64,000 nucleotides of DNA, taken from a virus. Under the pieces are notes generated by a model. The model was not told the DNA's origin and searched no databases. It worked only from the letters and a program-made list of their open reading frames with translations. A program made the translations under genes and the position numbers. The stretch lies in IMG/VR virus record IMGVR_UViG_3300027759_000048; one strand, written 5' to 3'. Position 1 is the stretch's first letter. Every line of letters starts with the position of its first letter. Below, piece after piece: positions 50,665-59,947 of the stretch.

Positions 50665-51668
50665 TGCTCGGTAATGCTCACTACTATCATCAGCTAACAA
50701 AGAAAGCAGTCATCCTCTTTGGAAGACTATTTGATGATATTAGTATCATTCGTAAGAATGAACAGACAGGAAAAGAAGTCAACCGCTTTCTTGTTCCGAT
50801 CATCTATGCTCCTAAAGAGAAGATGGTTACCCGTGTCTTTTCCGATCCAGATTTGACTCGACAACTACAGGCATTGCTTCCACGCATGTCATTTGAGATT
50901 GCTGGTCTGACCTACGATGCTTCACGCAAGCAGAATAGCCTTTTAAAAGCGTCTAAACCGGTCACTGGCGGGTCAACTGCATCTTCAGCATATATGGGTG
51001 CTCCCTACGATCTAAACTTTCAATTAAACGTTTATGCCAGAAACATCGACGACGGAACACAAATCGTTGAACAAATTCTTCCGTTCTTCAATCCTGACTT
51101 TACAGTATCAGCCGCTATGGTTCCTGATCTAGGGTTCATCAAAGATATTCCGATAGTTCTCAATAATGTGACAAACAACATTGAATACGAAGGAAACTTT
51201 GACTCGGTGAGATATGTCTATTGGACACTAAACTTTACGATGAAACTACACTATTATGGTCCAATTACAACACCGAAGATTATTCGTACCGTTTATGCTA
51301 ACATTCATAATGATAACAATCTAAATCCTAGATTTATCACAAATATGCTTATTGGCAATGCTAATGGTACATTCAAGATAGAAGACACAGTTTTTCAAGG
51401 CGATAGTTATAGAAACGCTACCGCACAGGGTATCGTTCTCAGTTTTAGAGAAGATAGTGGTCTATTGACTATCGGCGCTACTCAAGGCACATTCATAGTC
51501 AATACTAATATTCACGCCGTCTCAACTAATGCTAACGGAAAGCTAGTTTCATTCTATGAACCACCGTCAAAGATGGTAGAGATCAAGATTGAACCTGATC
51601 CGATAAACGCACAGATCGGCGACGATTACGGTTATACGACTACAATTACCGAATGGCCTGACGCATAA
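50664..51668 (+). CDS. gp15: Tail sheath stabilizer/completion protein gp15
   Basis: VPIIYAPKEK; LPRMSFE; QIVEQILPFFNP; WTLNFTMK..YYGP. Confidence 0.95.
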   Translation: MLGNAHYYHQLTKKAVILFGRLFDDISIIRKNEQTGKEVNRFLVPIIYAPKEKMVTRVFSDPDLTRQLQALLPRMSFEIAGLTYDASRKQNSLLKASKPVTGGSTASSAYMGAPYDLNFQLNVYARNIDDGTQIVEQILPFFNPDFTVSAAMVPDLGFIKDIPIVLNNVTNNIEYEGNFDSVRYVYWTLNFTMKLHYYGPITTPKIIRTVYANIHNDNNLNPRFITNMLIGNANGTFKIEDTVFQGDSYRNATAQGIVLSFREDSGLLTIGATQGTFIVNTNIHAVSTNANGKLVSFYEPPSKMVEIKIEPDPINAQIGDDYGYTTTITEWPDA

Positions 51669-51696
51669 ATAGAAGAAAGAATTAGGATAAAGGCAA

Positions 51697-52626
51697 ATGG
51701 CACAGAAAATTATTAATGTAGGAACAGTAGCAAATGACGGTACCGGCGATACAATTCGTGGTGCTTTCACTAACGTCAATGCTAACTTTACCGAAGTCTA
51801 TGGTAATATCTCTAGTTTATCGGTAATATTAGCTGGTGTGGATCTGAACCAAAACACAACAATTCAGGCATCATACAATGTTGCTAATGCTGCCTTTGCG
51901 TTTTCCAATTCTGTCAATACACTAGCTTACAACATTGGCACAAGCGGCAATCTATTTGCTGTTAGTGTTGGTGCTTCTAGTAATGCTTATGCTGTCGTAG
52001 TTGGAGCGGCATCTAATTCATACGCCTCTTCTGTAGGTGCTGCTGGTAACAACTATGCCTCTATTCTTGCTGCTAACAATGCTGTTGGAGCTAACGGTTG
52101 GGCTAACGCTGTAGCAGTAACAACATATGGTTGGGCAAACTCAACATTTACCACATTATCAAATACAGCAATTGTTTATAATACAACAAACGCAGCATTC
52201 TCTAGAGCAAACACATCATTACAGAATACATCAGGTACACTTGGTGGTAACATTACTATTACAGGTACTGTTACATCAACAGCAGGTTTTTCTGATACAC
52301 TAGGACCAGTTAGAGAAAGATTTCCAGTTAGTGCTGTTTCTAACTCAGCTATTGTGGTTCCACATTCTATTATTATTGCTAACAATCCAAATACTATCTT
52401 CATTAGCATTCCAGATGATAATGTGTTTCTATCTCCTGCTAATATCGGTTCAGCAATCTATATCTATCAGTATGGTTCAGGTACAACAAAGATTATCGCT
52501 AATGACGCCGCTGTTACAGTCAATTCATCAAACAACTGGGCAAACCTTGCTGGACAATATCTAACAGCAACAGCGGTAAAGGTTTTAGCTAATACCTGGA
52601 TACTAACAGGAGACTTGAGAGCGTAA
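51697..52626 (+). CDS. Short fiber with a gp9/gp10-like N-terminus
   Basis: INVGTVANDGTGDTIRGAF..VNANFTEVY; C-terminal LAGQY..ATAVKV..NTWILTGDL. Confidence 0.75.
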   Translation: MAQKIINVGTVANDGTGDTIRGAFTNVNANFTEVYGNISSLSVILAGVDLNQNTTIQASYNVANAAFAFSNSVNTLAYNIGTSGNLFAVSVGASSNAYAVVVGAASNSYASSVGAAGNNYASILAANNAVGANGWANAVAVTTYGWANSTFTTLSNTAIVYNTTNAAFSRANTSLQNTSGTLGGNITITGTVTSTAGFSDTLGPVRERFPVSAVSNSAIVVPHSIIIANNPNTIFISIPDDNVFLSPANIGSAIYIYQYGSGTTKIIANDAAVTVNSSNNWANLAGQYLTATAVKVLANTWILTGDLRA

Positions 52627-52635
52627 GGATACATT

Positions 52636-53085
52636 ATGGGTGTTGAGAAAAATCTGTCAGATGCTTTGGGCATCGAACACTTGCCTGTTCCTAAAGAAGA
52701 GGTCAAGAGTGAAGTTATTGAATATGAACCAGTAAGCGATGAAGATGGAGATGAAGATTACCGACTAGTTCGTAATACTTTACGCAATCTCATTGAAAAG
52801 GGCAACGATGCCCTTGAAGACATTTCTACTATCGCCAGACAGAATGAATCCGCACGAGGATTCGAGGTCGTTGCTAATCTTATCAAGACTGTTGGCGAAA
52901 CGTCAAAAGATTTATACAATCTACAAAAGATGAAGCGTGATCTGAAAGAACCAGATCCAGCGGCTGATCCACGTAAGAAGAATGCCGAAAGCATTAACGT
53001 GGAGCAGGCGGTATTCGTAGGTTCAGCGGCAGAGTTATTATCTGCTATCAAGAAACAGAAAGAAGATGGCAAGGACTCCGTTTAG
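52636..53085 (+). CDS. gp16: Terminase small subunit gp16
   Basis: DYRLVRNTL..LIEKG...ARGFEV..LIK; VFVGSAAEL; upstream of gp17. Confidence 0.92.
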   Translation: MGVEKNLSDALGIEHLPVPKEEVKSEVIEYEPVSDEDGDEDYRLVRNTLRNLIEKGNDALEDISTIARQNESARGFEVVANLIKTVGETSKDLYNLQKMKRDLKEPDPAADPRKKNAESINVEQAVFVGSAAELLSAIKKQKEDGKDSV

Positions 53086-54745
53086 TTATCAAAACAATCC
53101 GAATCTGCCTAATGAGCAGTATCGCCATTCGTTTACCCAAGCAGAACTTGATGAATATATCAAGTGTGCTGACGATCCCGTTTACTTTGCCAAGACTTAC
53201 ATCAAAATCATCAACGTCGATAAAGGTCTCATACCATTTGCTATGTGGGACTTTCAGGAACGTATGTTACAGACGTTCCATGATAATCGTTTCTCTATCT
53301 GTAAGCTACCACGACAGGTTGGTAAGTCAACTACAAGTGTGGCATATATTCTTCATCAGGTTCTATTCAACGAAAACTTTGTTGTCGCTATTCTAGCTAA
53401 CCGTGCTCCAACTGCCCGTGAGTTGTTACAGAAACTTAAACTTGCTTTTGAGTATCTACCTATGTTCTTGAAGCAAGGCATCAAAGAATGGAACAAAGGT
53501 TCTATCTATCTTGCTAACGGTTCAAGAGTTCTAGCTGACTCAACATCAGGCTCCTCAGTTCGTGGTTTCTCATTTAACATAATCTTTCTTGATGAGTTTG
53601 CGTTCGTTCCAAACAACATTGCTGAAGAGTTCTTTAATTCAACTTATCCTACTATTTCATCTGGTAAAACATCTAAGGTCGTTATCGTTTCTACACCAAA
53701 TGGAATGAATCTTTTCTACAAGATGTGGCAGAAAGCTATTGACAAGACTAGCACATATCAGCCTATTGAGATCCACTGGTCAATGGTGCCGGGCAGAGAT
53801 GAAGCATGGGCGGCAGAAACTATACGAAACACTAGCCAACGTCAGTTTGACCAAGAGTTTGGTTGTGAGTTCTTAGGTTCATCTAACACACTAATCAGTG
53901 GTGCCAAACTTGCTTCACTACACTGGAAAGAACCAATCACTCGTATGGAGTGTATGGATATCTTTGAGCAACCAGAACACAAACACACATATGTATTGTG
54001 TGCCGATGTTGCTGAAGGGCAGGGACTAGATTACTCCACATTCTCTATCTTTGACGTTACACAAATCCCATATCGCCAGGTAGCTAAATATAGAAATAAC
54101 GAAATTAGCCCGATGCTTCTACCGGCAGTTATCTACTCAGCGGCAAGAAAGTATAATGACGCTTTCGTTCTTATCGAAATCAATTCTATTGGTCTACAGG
54201 TCGCAGACATTCTACACTATGAACTGGCATATGAAAATCTGCTAAAGTTTCAGTTAAAGGGTAAACAGGGTATGCAGGCCTCAGGTGGGTTTGCTGCTGG
54301 TAAGAATAAACTAGCATTTGGTCTCAAAATCACAGCCCAGTCAAAGATGATTGGTTGTGCTAACCTCAAGACGCTAGTTGAGAGTGATAAACTAATACTT
54401 AACGATGAGGATACAATTACAGAGCTATATTCCTTCTCATCAACAAAGAAGACCTTTGCGGCAGAAGAAGGAGCAAACGATGACCTAGCTATGACGCTGG
54501 TTCATTTTGGCTGGTTAACAGCCCAGAAATTGTTCAAAGAAACCGTTTCTAATGACATACGTTATGTTCTACAGAAAGAAATTGCTTATCTTGAAGATGT
54601 AGAAAATGTGCCATTTGGTTTCATTGATAACGGATTAGATGAGGTTGTGGACGAGATAGATGCTAGTGGTGATCGATGGGTTCGTGAAAGAGAACAGCTA
54701 TACCCGTTTGATGATCTTGGATATAAGTGGGACGGTCGGCTATAG
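53066..54745 (+). CDS. gp17: Terminase large subunit gp17
   Basis: PRQVGKST Walker A, IFLDEFAF Walker B, STPNG, DVAEG..LDYS, DDLAM. Confidence 0.97.
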   Translation: MARTPFSYQNNPNLPNEQYRHSFTQAELDEYIKCADDPVYFAKTYIKIINVDKGLIPFAMWDFQERMLQTFHDNRFSICKLPRQVGKSTTSVAYILHQVLFNENFVVAILANRAPTARELLQKLKLAFEYLPMFLKQGIKEWNKGSIYLANGSRVLADSTSGSSVRGFSFNIIFLDEFAFVPNNIAEEFFNSTYPTISSGKTSKVVIVSTPNGMNLFYKMWQKAIDKTSTYQPIEIHWSMVPGRDEAWAAETIRNTSQRQFDQEFGCEFLGSSNTLISGAKLASLHWKEPITRMECMDIFEQPEHKHTYVLCADVAEGQGLDYSTFSIFDVTQIPYRQVAKYRNNEISPMLLPAVIYSAARKYNDAFVLIEINSIGLQVADILHYELAYENLLKFQLKGKQGMQASGGFAAGKNKLAFGLKITAQSKMIGCANLKTLVESDKLILNDEDTITELYSFSSTKKTFAAEEGANDDLAMTLVHFGWLTAQKLFKETVSNDIRYVLQKEIAYLEDVENVPFGFIDNGLDEVVDEIDASGDRWVREREQLYPFDDLGYKWDGRL

Positions 54746-54764
54746 TTCTGAAAAACACCAAAAC

Positions 54765-54805
54765 GATAAATATTGGTTGAAATGGATTTTAACACCATTC
54801 CAACC
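54765..54805 (+). promoter_or_regulatory. Late promoter variant GATAAATA plus leader hairpin upstream of gp18
   Basis: GGTTG-A-AATGG (54775-85) pairs with CCATT-C-CAACC (54795-805). Confidence 0.6.
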
Positions 54806-54821
54806 TACAAAGGAGTAAAAG

Positions 54822-56567
54822 ATGGCATATTCACTTTCCCCAGGCGTGACATGGTCCGAAATTGATCTTACGACCGTTGTTCCTGCCGCATCTACTACAG
54901 AAGGGGCATTTGCCGGAAACTTTGATTGGGGTCCTATTGACGAGGTTACTACAATTGCTAATGAGGTTGAACTAGTTCGCTGGTTCGGTCAACCATCAGA
55001 TAATACAGCAGTTTCATTCTTCACCGCAGCTAACTTCTTGGCTTATGGTGATAACCTCAGAGTAGTTCGCTCAGCCAATACATTCGCCGCTAAATGCGCT
55101 ACATCTGGTAACACAGCAGCCCTAGTTAAAAATCGTGACGATTGGGATACCAATTGGGACGTATTCGCTACCAATAGCCCTGCATACGGCATGTTCGCTG
55201 CTCGTTATGCTGGTACACTCGGCAACGAGATTAAAGTTTGCGTGTTTGCTAAAGCAAATGTTAGTTCTTCTGACGCCGATTGGGCAAATTGGGAACAAGC
55301 TGCACAGTTCAATGGTCCTCCAGGAACATCAAAGTATGTTGCCGACCGTGGTGGTGCTAACGACGAAATGCACATTATCGTTCTTGATACCAAAGGTACA
55401 TTCACTGGTGGTATTGCAAACTCAGTTCTTGAAAGATACTCAAACCTTTCAAAAGCAGTTGACGCTACTAATGATGACGGTTCTTCAAACTACTATGCTA
55501 GTGTTATTGCGGACCGTTCAGCATTCCTATGGCCAATCAACCATGCGATTTCTAACACAACTGTTCCTGTTGTTCAAACCTCAACATGGGGTAACACAGC
55601 ATCAGGTGTTCAATTCTCGCAGTCAAATGCTTCATTCAACTTTACATTAGCAGGCGGTGTTCTAGCTACTCCAACTGATGGACAGCTTCAGAATTCCTAT
55701 GTTAAGTTTTCTGATACCGATGCTTACGACACATCATTAATCATGATGGGCGGTTCTTCAAACACCGTTTCTAAGTATATTATCGATAACATTGCTGCTC
55801 CTGGTGGTTCATTTGGTCGTGGCGACGTTGTTGTATTCGTTTCACCACAATACACAGACGTTGTTGATCAACCTGGCTCAGAAGTAACAAAGTCACTTGT
55901 TACAAGAAACTTCTTTGGTTCATCTTCATATGCCTTCATGGACTCAGGATGGAAGAAGCAGTTTGACAAGTATAACAACAAGTATCGTTGGATTCCTCTC
56001 AATGGTGACGTTGCTGGTCTCTGTGCCCGCACCGATCAGACAAGAGATGCTTGGTTCTCACCAGCCGGTCTTAACCGTGGTCAGATCAAGAATGTTACAA
56101 AACTTTCTTGGCAGCCAACAAAGGCTGACAGAGATAACCTCTACAAGAACAACATCAATCCAGTTGTTACATTCAAAGGCGAAGGCACTGTTCTCTATGG
56201 TGATAAAACACTACAGACAAAGCCATCAGCATTTGATCGTATCAATGTTCGTAGATTGTTTATCGTTCTTGAAAAGTCAATCTCAAAGGCAGCTAAGTAT
56301 TCACTCTTTGAGTTCAACGATGAATTTACAAGATCACAATTCGTTGCTCTTGTAGAACCATTCCTACGAGACGTTAAAGGTCGTCGTGGTATCTATGACT
56401 TCCGTGTAGTTTGTGACGAAACAAACAATACACCACAAGTCATCGATAGTAATCAATTCATCGGGGACATTTATGTCAAGCCAGCCCGTTCTATCAACTT
56501 TATTCATCTTAACTTTGTGGCTGTTAGAACTGGTGTTGCCTTCTCCGAAATTGTTGGCAAATTCTAA
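54822..56567 (+). CDS. gp18: Tail sheath protein gp18
   Basis: SPGV..SEIDLT; WFSPAGLNRG; FDRINVRRLF; KPARSINFI.LNFVA. Confidence 0.97.
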   Translation: MAYSLSPGVTWSEIDLTTVVPAASTTEGAFAGNFDWGPIDEVTTIANEVELVRWFGQPSDNTAVSFFTAANFLAYGDNLRVVRSANTFAAKCATSGNTAALVKNRDDWDTNWDVFATNSPAYGMFAARYAGTLGNEIKVCVFAKANVSSSDADWANWEQAAQFNGPPGTSKYVADRGGANDEMHIIVLDTKGTFTGGIANSVLERYSNLSKAVDATNDDGSSNYYASVIADRSAFLWPINHAISNTTVPVVQTSTWGNTASGVQFSQSNASFNFTLAGGVLATPTDGQLQNSYVKFSDTDAYDTSLIMMGGSSNTVSKYIIDNIAAPGGSFGRGDVVVFVSPQYTDVVDQPGSEVTKSLVTRNFFGSSSYAFMDSGWKKQFDKYNNKYRWIPLNGDVAGLCARTDQTRDAWFSPAGLNRGQIKNVTKLSWQPTKADRDNLYKNNINPVVTFKGEGTVLYGDKTLQTKPSAFDRINVRRLFIVLEKSISKAAKYSLFEFNDEFTRSQFVALVEPFLRDVKGRRGIYDFRVVCDETNNTPQVIDSNQFIGDIYVKPARSINFIHLNFVAVRTGVAFSEIVGKF

Positions 56568-56594
56568 TAAATAAAGGAAAAGGAGAAAACTCAA

Positions 56595-57152
56595 ATGGCT
56601 TTTAATGTCAATCAATTTAGAGCAACACTAGTAAACGACGGCGCTCGTCCAAGTTTATTTGAAGTTGTAATGGCTCTACCACCAATTCTTGGTGCTGCGC
56701 CATTGACCCCAGATGTCATCTTCAGAGTGAGGGCAACCTCACTCCCAGGTGATGGTGTTTCATCAATCAGTGTTCCTTATTTCGGTCGTGAAATCAAGAT
56801 CGCCGGAACAAGAACATTCCCAGATTGGTCATTCACAATCATCAATGATGAAAACTTTGTTGCCCGTAGAAACTTAGAAACATGGCTAAACCTAATCAAT
56901 GGTCACGTTTCTAACCTTCGTGCTCCACAGGCTCTAGCAGCGTTCTCATATCAATCAGACGCATTAGTAACACAGTTTAGTAAAGCTGGTCCTCCAATCA
57001 AGTCATACAAGATTGTTGGTTGCTTTCCTACTGATGTTGCTCCAATTGAACTTGATTGGGGACTAGGCGATCAGATCGAAGAATACGGTGTTACACTCGC
57101 CTATCAATGGTGGGAAGCACTCGACGGTTCTACAGATATTTCTGGCGCTTAA
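56595..57152 (+). CDS. gp19: Tail tube protein gp19
   Basis: GARPSLFEV; VPYFGREIKIAGTRTF.DW; IEEYGVTLAYQWW. Confidence 0.95.
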   Translation: MAFNVNQFRATLVNDGARPSLFEVVMALPPILGAAPLTPDVIFRVRATSLPGDGVSSISVPYFGREIKIAGTRTFPDWSFTIINDENFVARRNLETWLNLINGHVSNLRAPQALAAFSYQSDALVTQFSKAGPPIKSYKIVGCFPTDVAPIELDWGLGDQIEEYGVTLAYQWWEALDGSTDISGA

Positions 57153-57159
57153 TAGCTAG

Positions 57160-57200
57160 ACTAAATACTAGACATTCCATGGGGCTACGGTCCCATGGAA
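57160..57200 (+). promoter_or_regulatory. Late promoter variant ACTAAATA plus C(UACG)G tetraloop hairpin upstream of gp20
   Basis: TTCCATGGGGC-TACG-GTCCCATGGAA (57175-57200): 11-bp stem with one G-U pair. Confidence 0.7.
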
Positions 57201-57228
57201 CTTTCATCATGTTCAAGGAGTAACGACC

Positions 57229-59115
57229 ATTCGTTTATTTGGCTTTCAGATAGGTGCCGACGATCAGGATAAGAAACCAGATCAATACGGTCAACCAACA
57301 CAAAAGACATTTGCTATACCGCAGACAGACGATGGTGCTGTTACGGTTGCAGGTGCTGGCTATTATGGTACATATGTTGATCTCGATGGTACGTTTAGAA
57401 ACGAAACACAACTTATCACAAAGTATCGTGAACTTGCTATTCAACCTGAAATGGAAACTGCTATTGACGAAATCGTCAATGAAGCAATCGTTATTGAGGA
57501 CTCTGGCACATCCGTAGAAATCAATATGGATGAAGTCAAAGCTCCACCTGCTATTAAGAAAAAGATCGAAGACGAATTTAACCTACTACTAAAGATGTTG
57601 AACTTCGGTAACATGGGTCACGACATCTTTCGTCGTTGGTATGTTGATGGTAGATTATACTATCACCTTGTTATCGATGAGCTTAATCCAGCAATGGGTG
57701 TTCAGGAGATCAAGTATATTGATCCTCGTCGTATTCGCAAGATACGTGAAATCCAAAAGATGCGTGATCCTCAAACAGGTATTGAGTTGATCAAAAAGAC
57801 AATTGAATACTATCTCTATAATGAAAAAGGTATGGTCGGCGCTGGTGCTAATCTTGGTGCTAAGATTGCCGTCGATTCCGTTGTCAACGTAAACTCAGGT
57901 ATCATGGATCCAAAACAGACCATGGTGCTTTCATACTTACACAAAGCAATCAAACCATTTAACAATCTACGCATGGTAGAGGACGCAACTGTTATCTATC
58001 GTCTAAGCCGTGCTCCTGAGCGTAGAGTTTTCTATATCGACGTTGGTAACATGCCAACAGTTAAAGCGGAACAGTATGTCCGTGATATCATGGTTAAGTA
58101 TCGTAACAAACTAGTTTACGATAGTAATACTGGTGAGATCAAAGACGACCGCAAACATCTATCAATGCTAGAAGATTTCTGGTTGCCACGCCGTGAAGGT
58201 TCTAAAGGAACTGAAATCTCTACACTAGAAGGCGCACGTAATCTAGGTGAAATGGAAGACGTTAAGTATTTCCAAAGTAAACTATACAAGTCACTCAATG
58301 TTCCTATTGGTCGTCTAGAACCTCAGCAAGGCTTCTCACTTGGTCGTTCAACAGAAATTACCAGAGACGAAATCAAGTTCAATAAGTTTGTTCAAAGACT
58401 ACGCAATAAGTTTTCATCACTCTTTGATGATCTTCTTCGTGTTCAACTCATTCTCAAGAATGTATGTACCGAAGAAGAGTGGAAAGAGTTTAAAGAAGAC
58501 ATTTGGTATGACTATAAGAAAGACAATAACTTTGATGAACTAAAAGACGCCGAACTATTATCAATGCGTCTCGATACACTTATTAAAGTTGATCCATTCG
58601 TTGGTAAGTATTACAGTGTTGAATGGGTTCGTAAGAACATTCTACAGCAAACCGACGAAGATATGGAAGAGATCAACGCACAGATGGAACAAGAGAATGC
58701 TGTTCTAGCACAGCAACAGCAACAAGCAATGGTTGATCAGCAGGTTCAACAACAGCAAGATATGCAGAACCAAATTGAGTTTGGTGCTCAACAGCAAATT
58801 GCTCAGGCTATAACACAAAAAGAAGTTGACAAGATTACTGGACCAGATCAAGGTCAAGGTAAATCAGAAAAAGCAAATCAAAGCCATGAAACTAAAATCA
58901 TGGATAAGAAGATTGAACTAGAACGTATCAAGGCAAGCAAAGGCGCTCCTAAGAAACCAGAGAAGAAGCCTGCTGCTAAGAAGAAGACTGTGGCAGAAGA
59001 AGCCAAAGATATGGGACTAGTGTATATCGGCAACGGTCGTTATGCTGATCGTTCTGGTAGTGTTACACATCTAAATGAAAATGGTATATTGTTACCATAC
59101 ATAAATAAGGATTAA
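57229..59115 (+). CDS. gp20: Portal protein gp20, predicted ATT start
   Basis: Conserved N-terminus (RLFGFQI...DDGA...YVDLDG...LITKYR) lies in frame upstream of ATG 57451; AAGGAG is 8 nt before ATT 57229; YRLSRAPERRVFYIDVGN and EDFWLPRREG motifs. Confidence 0.93.
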   Translation: MRLFGFQIGADDQDKKPDQYGQPTQKTFAIPQTDDGAVTVAGAGYYGTYVDLDGTFRNETQLITKYRELAIQPEMETAIDEIVNEAIVIEDSGTSVEINMDEVKAPPAIKKKIEDEFNLLLKMLNFGNMGHDIFRRWYVDGRLYYHLVIDELNPAMGVQEIKYIDPRRIRKIREIQKMRDPQTGIELIKKTIEYYLYNEKGMVGAGANLGAKIAVDSVVNVNSGIMDPKQTMVLSYLHKAIKPFNNLRMVEDATVIYRLSRAPERRVFYIDVGNMPTVKAEQYVRDIMVKYRNKLVYDSNTGEIKDDRKHLSMLEDFWLPRREGSKGTEISTLEGARNLGEMEDVKYFQSKLYKSLNVPIGRLEPQQGFSLGRSTEITRDEIKFNKFVQRLRNKFSSLFDDLLRVQLILKNVCTEEEWKEFKEDIWYDYKKDNNFDELKDAELLSMRLDTLIKVDPFVGKYYSVEWVRKNILQQTDEDMEEINAQMEQENAVLAQQQQQAMVDQQVQQQQDMQNQIEFGAQQQIAQAITQKEVDKITGPDQGQGKSEKANQSHETKIMDKKIELERIKASKGAPKKPEKKPAAKKKTVAEEAKDMGLVYIGNGRYADRSGSVTHLNENGILLPYINKD

Positions 59116-59118
59116 GAT

Positions 59119-59937
59119 TTGTCTAAAGGTCTTGCTAGTGTTAAGACACTAACAGCAAAACAGATTGCGGATAAGTGGAAGCTACCTTTATCAGTAGTGG
59201 CAAAGAAGATTGCTGCTGGAGTCAAGGTAGAGAAAGAACACACTACAAGCACAAGACAAGCTAACGAGATTGCAAGAGACCATCTTGGTGAAAGACCAGA
59301 TTACTATGATAAACTTGACAAGATGGAAAAAACAAAGATTGTAAAAGAGAATACAACTGTTACTGCTGGTATTGGTGGTTTAGGATTCAATACAGGAACA
59401 CCTGCAATTGATGCCGACAATCAATACATAGATACTAATTCCATGTCATATGAAGATTGGAATGGTGCTATACTAAAGATGATCAAAGACAAACATCATA
59501 ATCATCTTATTGATATGGGCTTTACATCATATTCACCTAATGATATACAGACCGCTTCTAACAAAATTGTTAAAGAAGCAAAACATCCATTACAAGCTAA
59601 CTATGATAAGTATAGAAAAGGTGAACTAAACGAACTTGGTGAGTATGATAACAAAGGTGGTATGTCAGGTTACGAAGGTACATCAGGTCCTATAGGCAAC
59701 AAACCCGACTTGATTGTGGATAGAGGCGGTGAAAAGGGTCAAACAAAATACGGTCAACAATTCAAAGAGGAAACTAAAATGGACAATAAAGAACTTATCA
59801 ACGAGGCTCTTGATTGTATCCTTGAAGATAATCTTCCAGAAATGAAAGATAATCTTATGAAGGCTCTACAAGAGAAAGCTATGGAAAAGTTGGAAGAGCG
59901 TAAGAAAGAAATCGCTGCCAACTACTTTGCACAGTAA
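59119..59937 (+). CDS. Prohead internal protein: DUF5661-like N-terminal domain fused to a gp67-like C-terminus (TTG start)
   Basis: GVKVEKEHT...EIARDHL.E.PDYYDKL; C-terminal ..KAMEKLEERKKEIAANYF; directly after the portal gene. Confidence 0.7.
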   Translation: MSKGLASVKTLTAKQIADKWKLPLSVVAKKIAAGVKVEKEHTTSTRQANEIARDHLGERPDYYDKLDKMEKTKIVKENTTVTAGIGGLGFNTGTPAIDADNQYIDTNSMSYEDWNGAILKMIKDKHHNHLIDMGFTSYSPNDIQTASNKIVKEAKHPLQANYDKYRKGELNELGEYDNKGGMSGYEGTSGPIGNKPDLIVDRGGEKGQTKYGQQFKEETKMDNKELINEALDCILEDNLPEMKDNLMKALQEKAMEKLEERKKEIAANYFAQ

Positions 59938-59947
59938 GGATTAGACA

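Noticed and set aside
57175-57210. Confident intrinsic terminator after gp19
   Set aside because: Strong stem but only CTTT follows, and it lies just downstream of a promoter motif; role left open
57451-59115. ORF-track start for the portal
   Set aside because: It omits 74 codons of conserved N-terminus; the overlapping ORF 57254..57517 is an off-frame shadow
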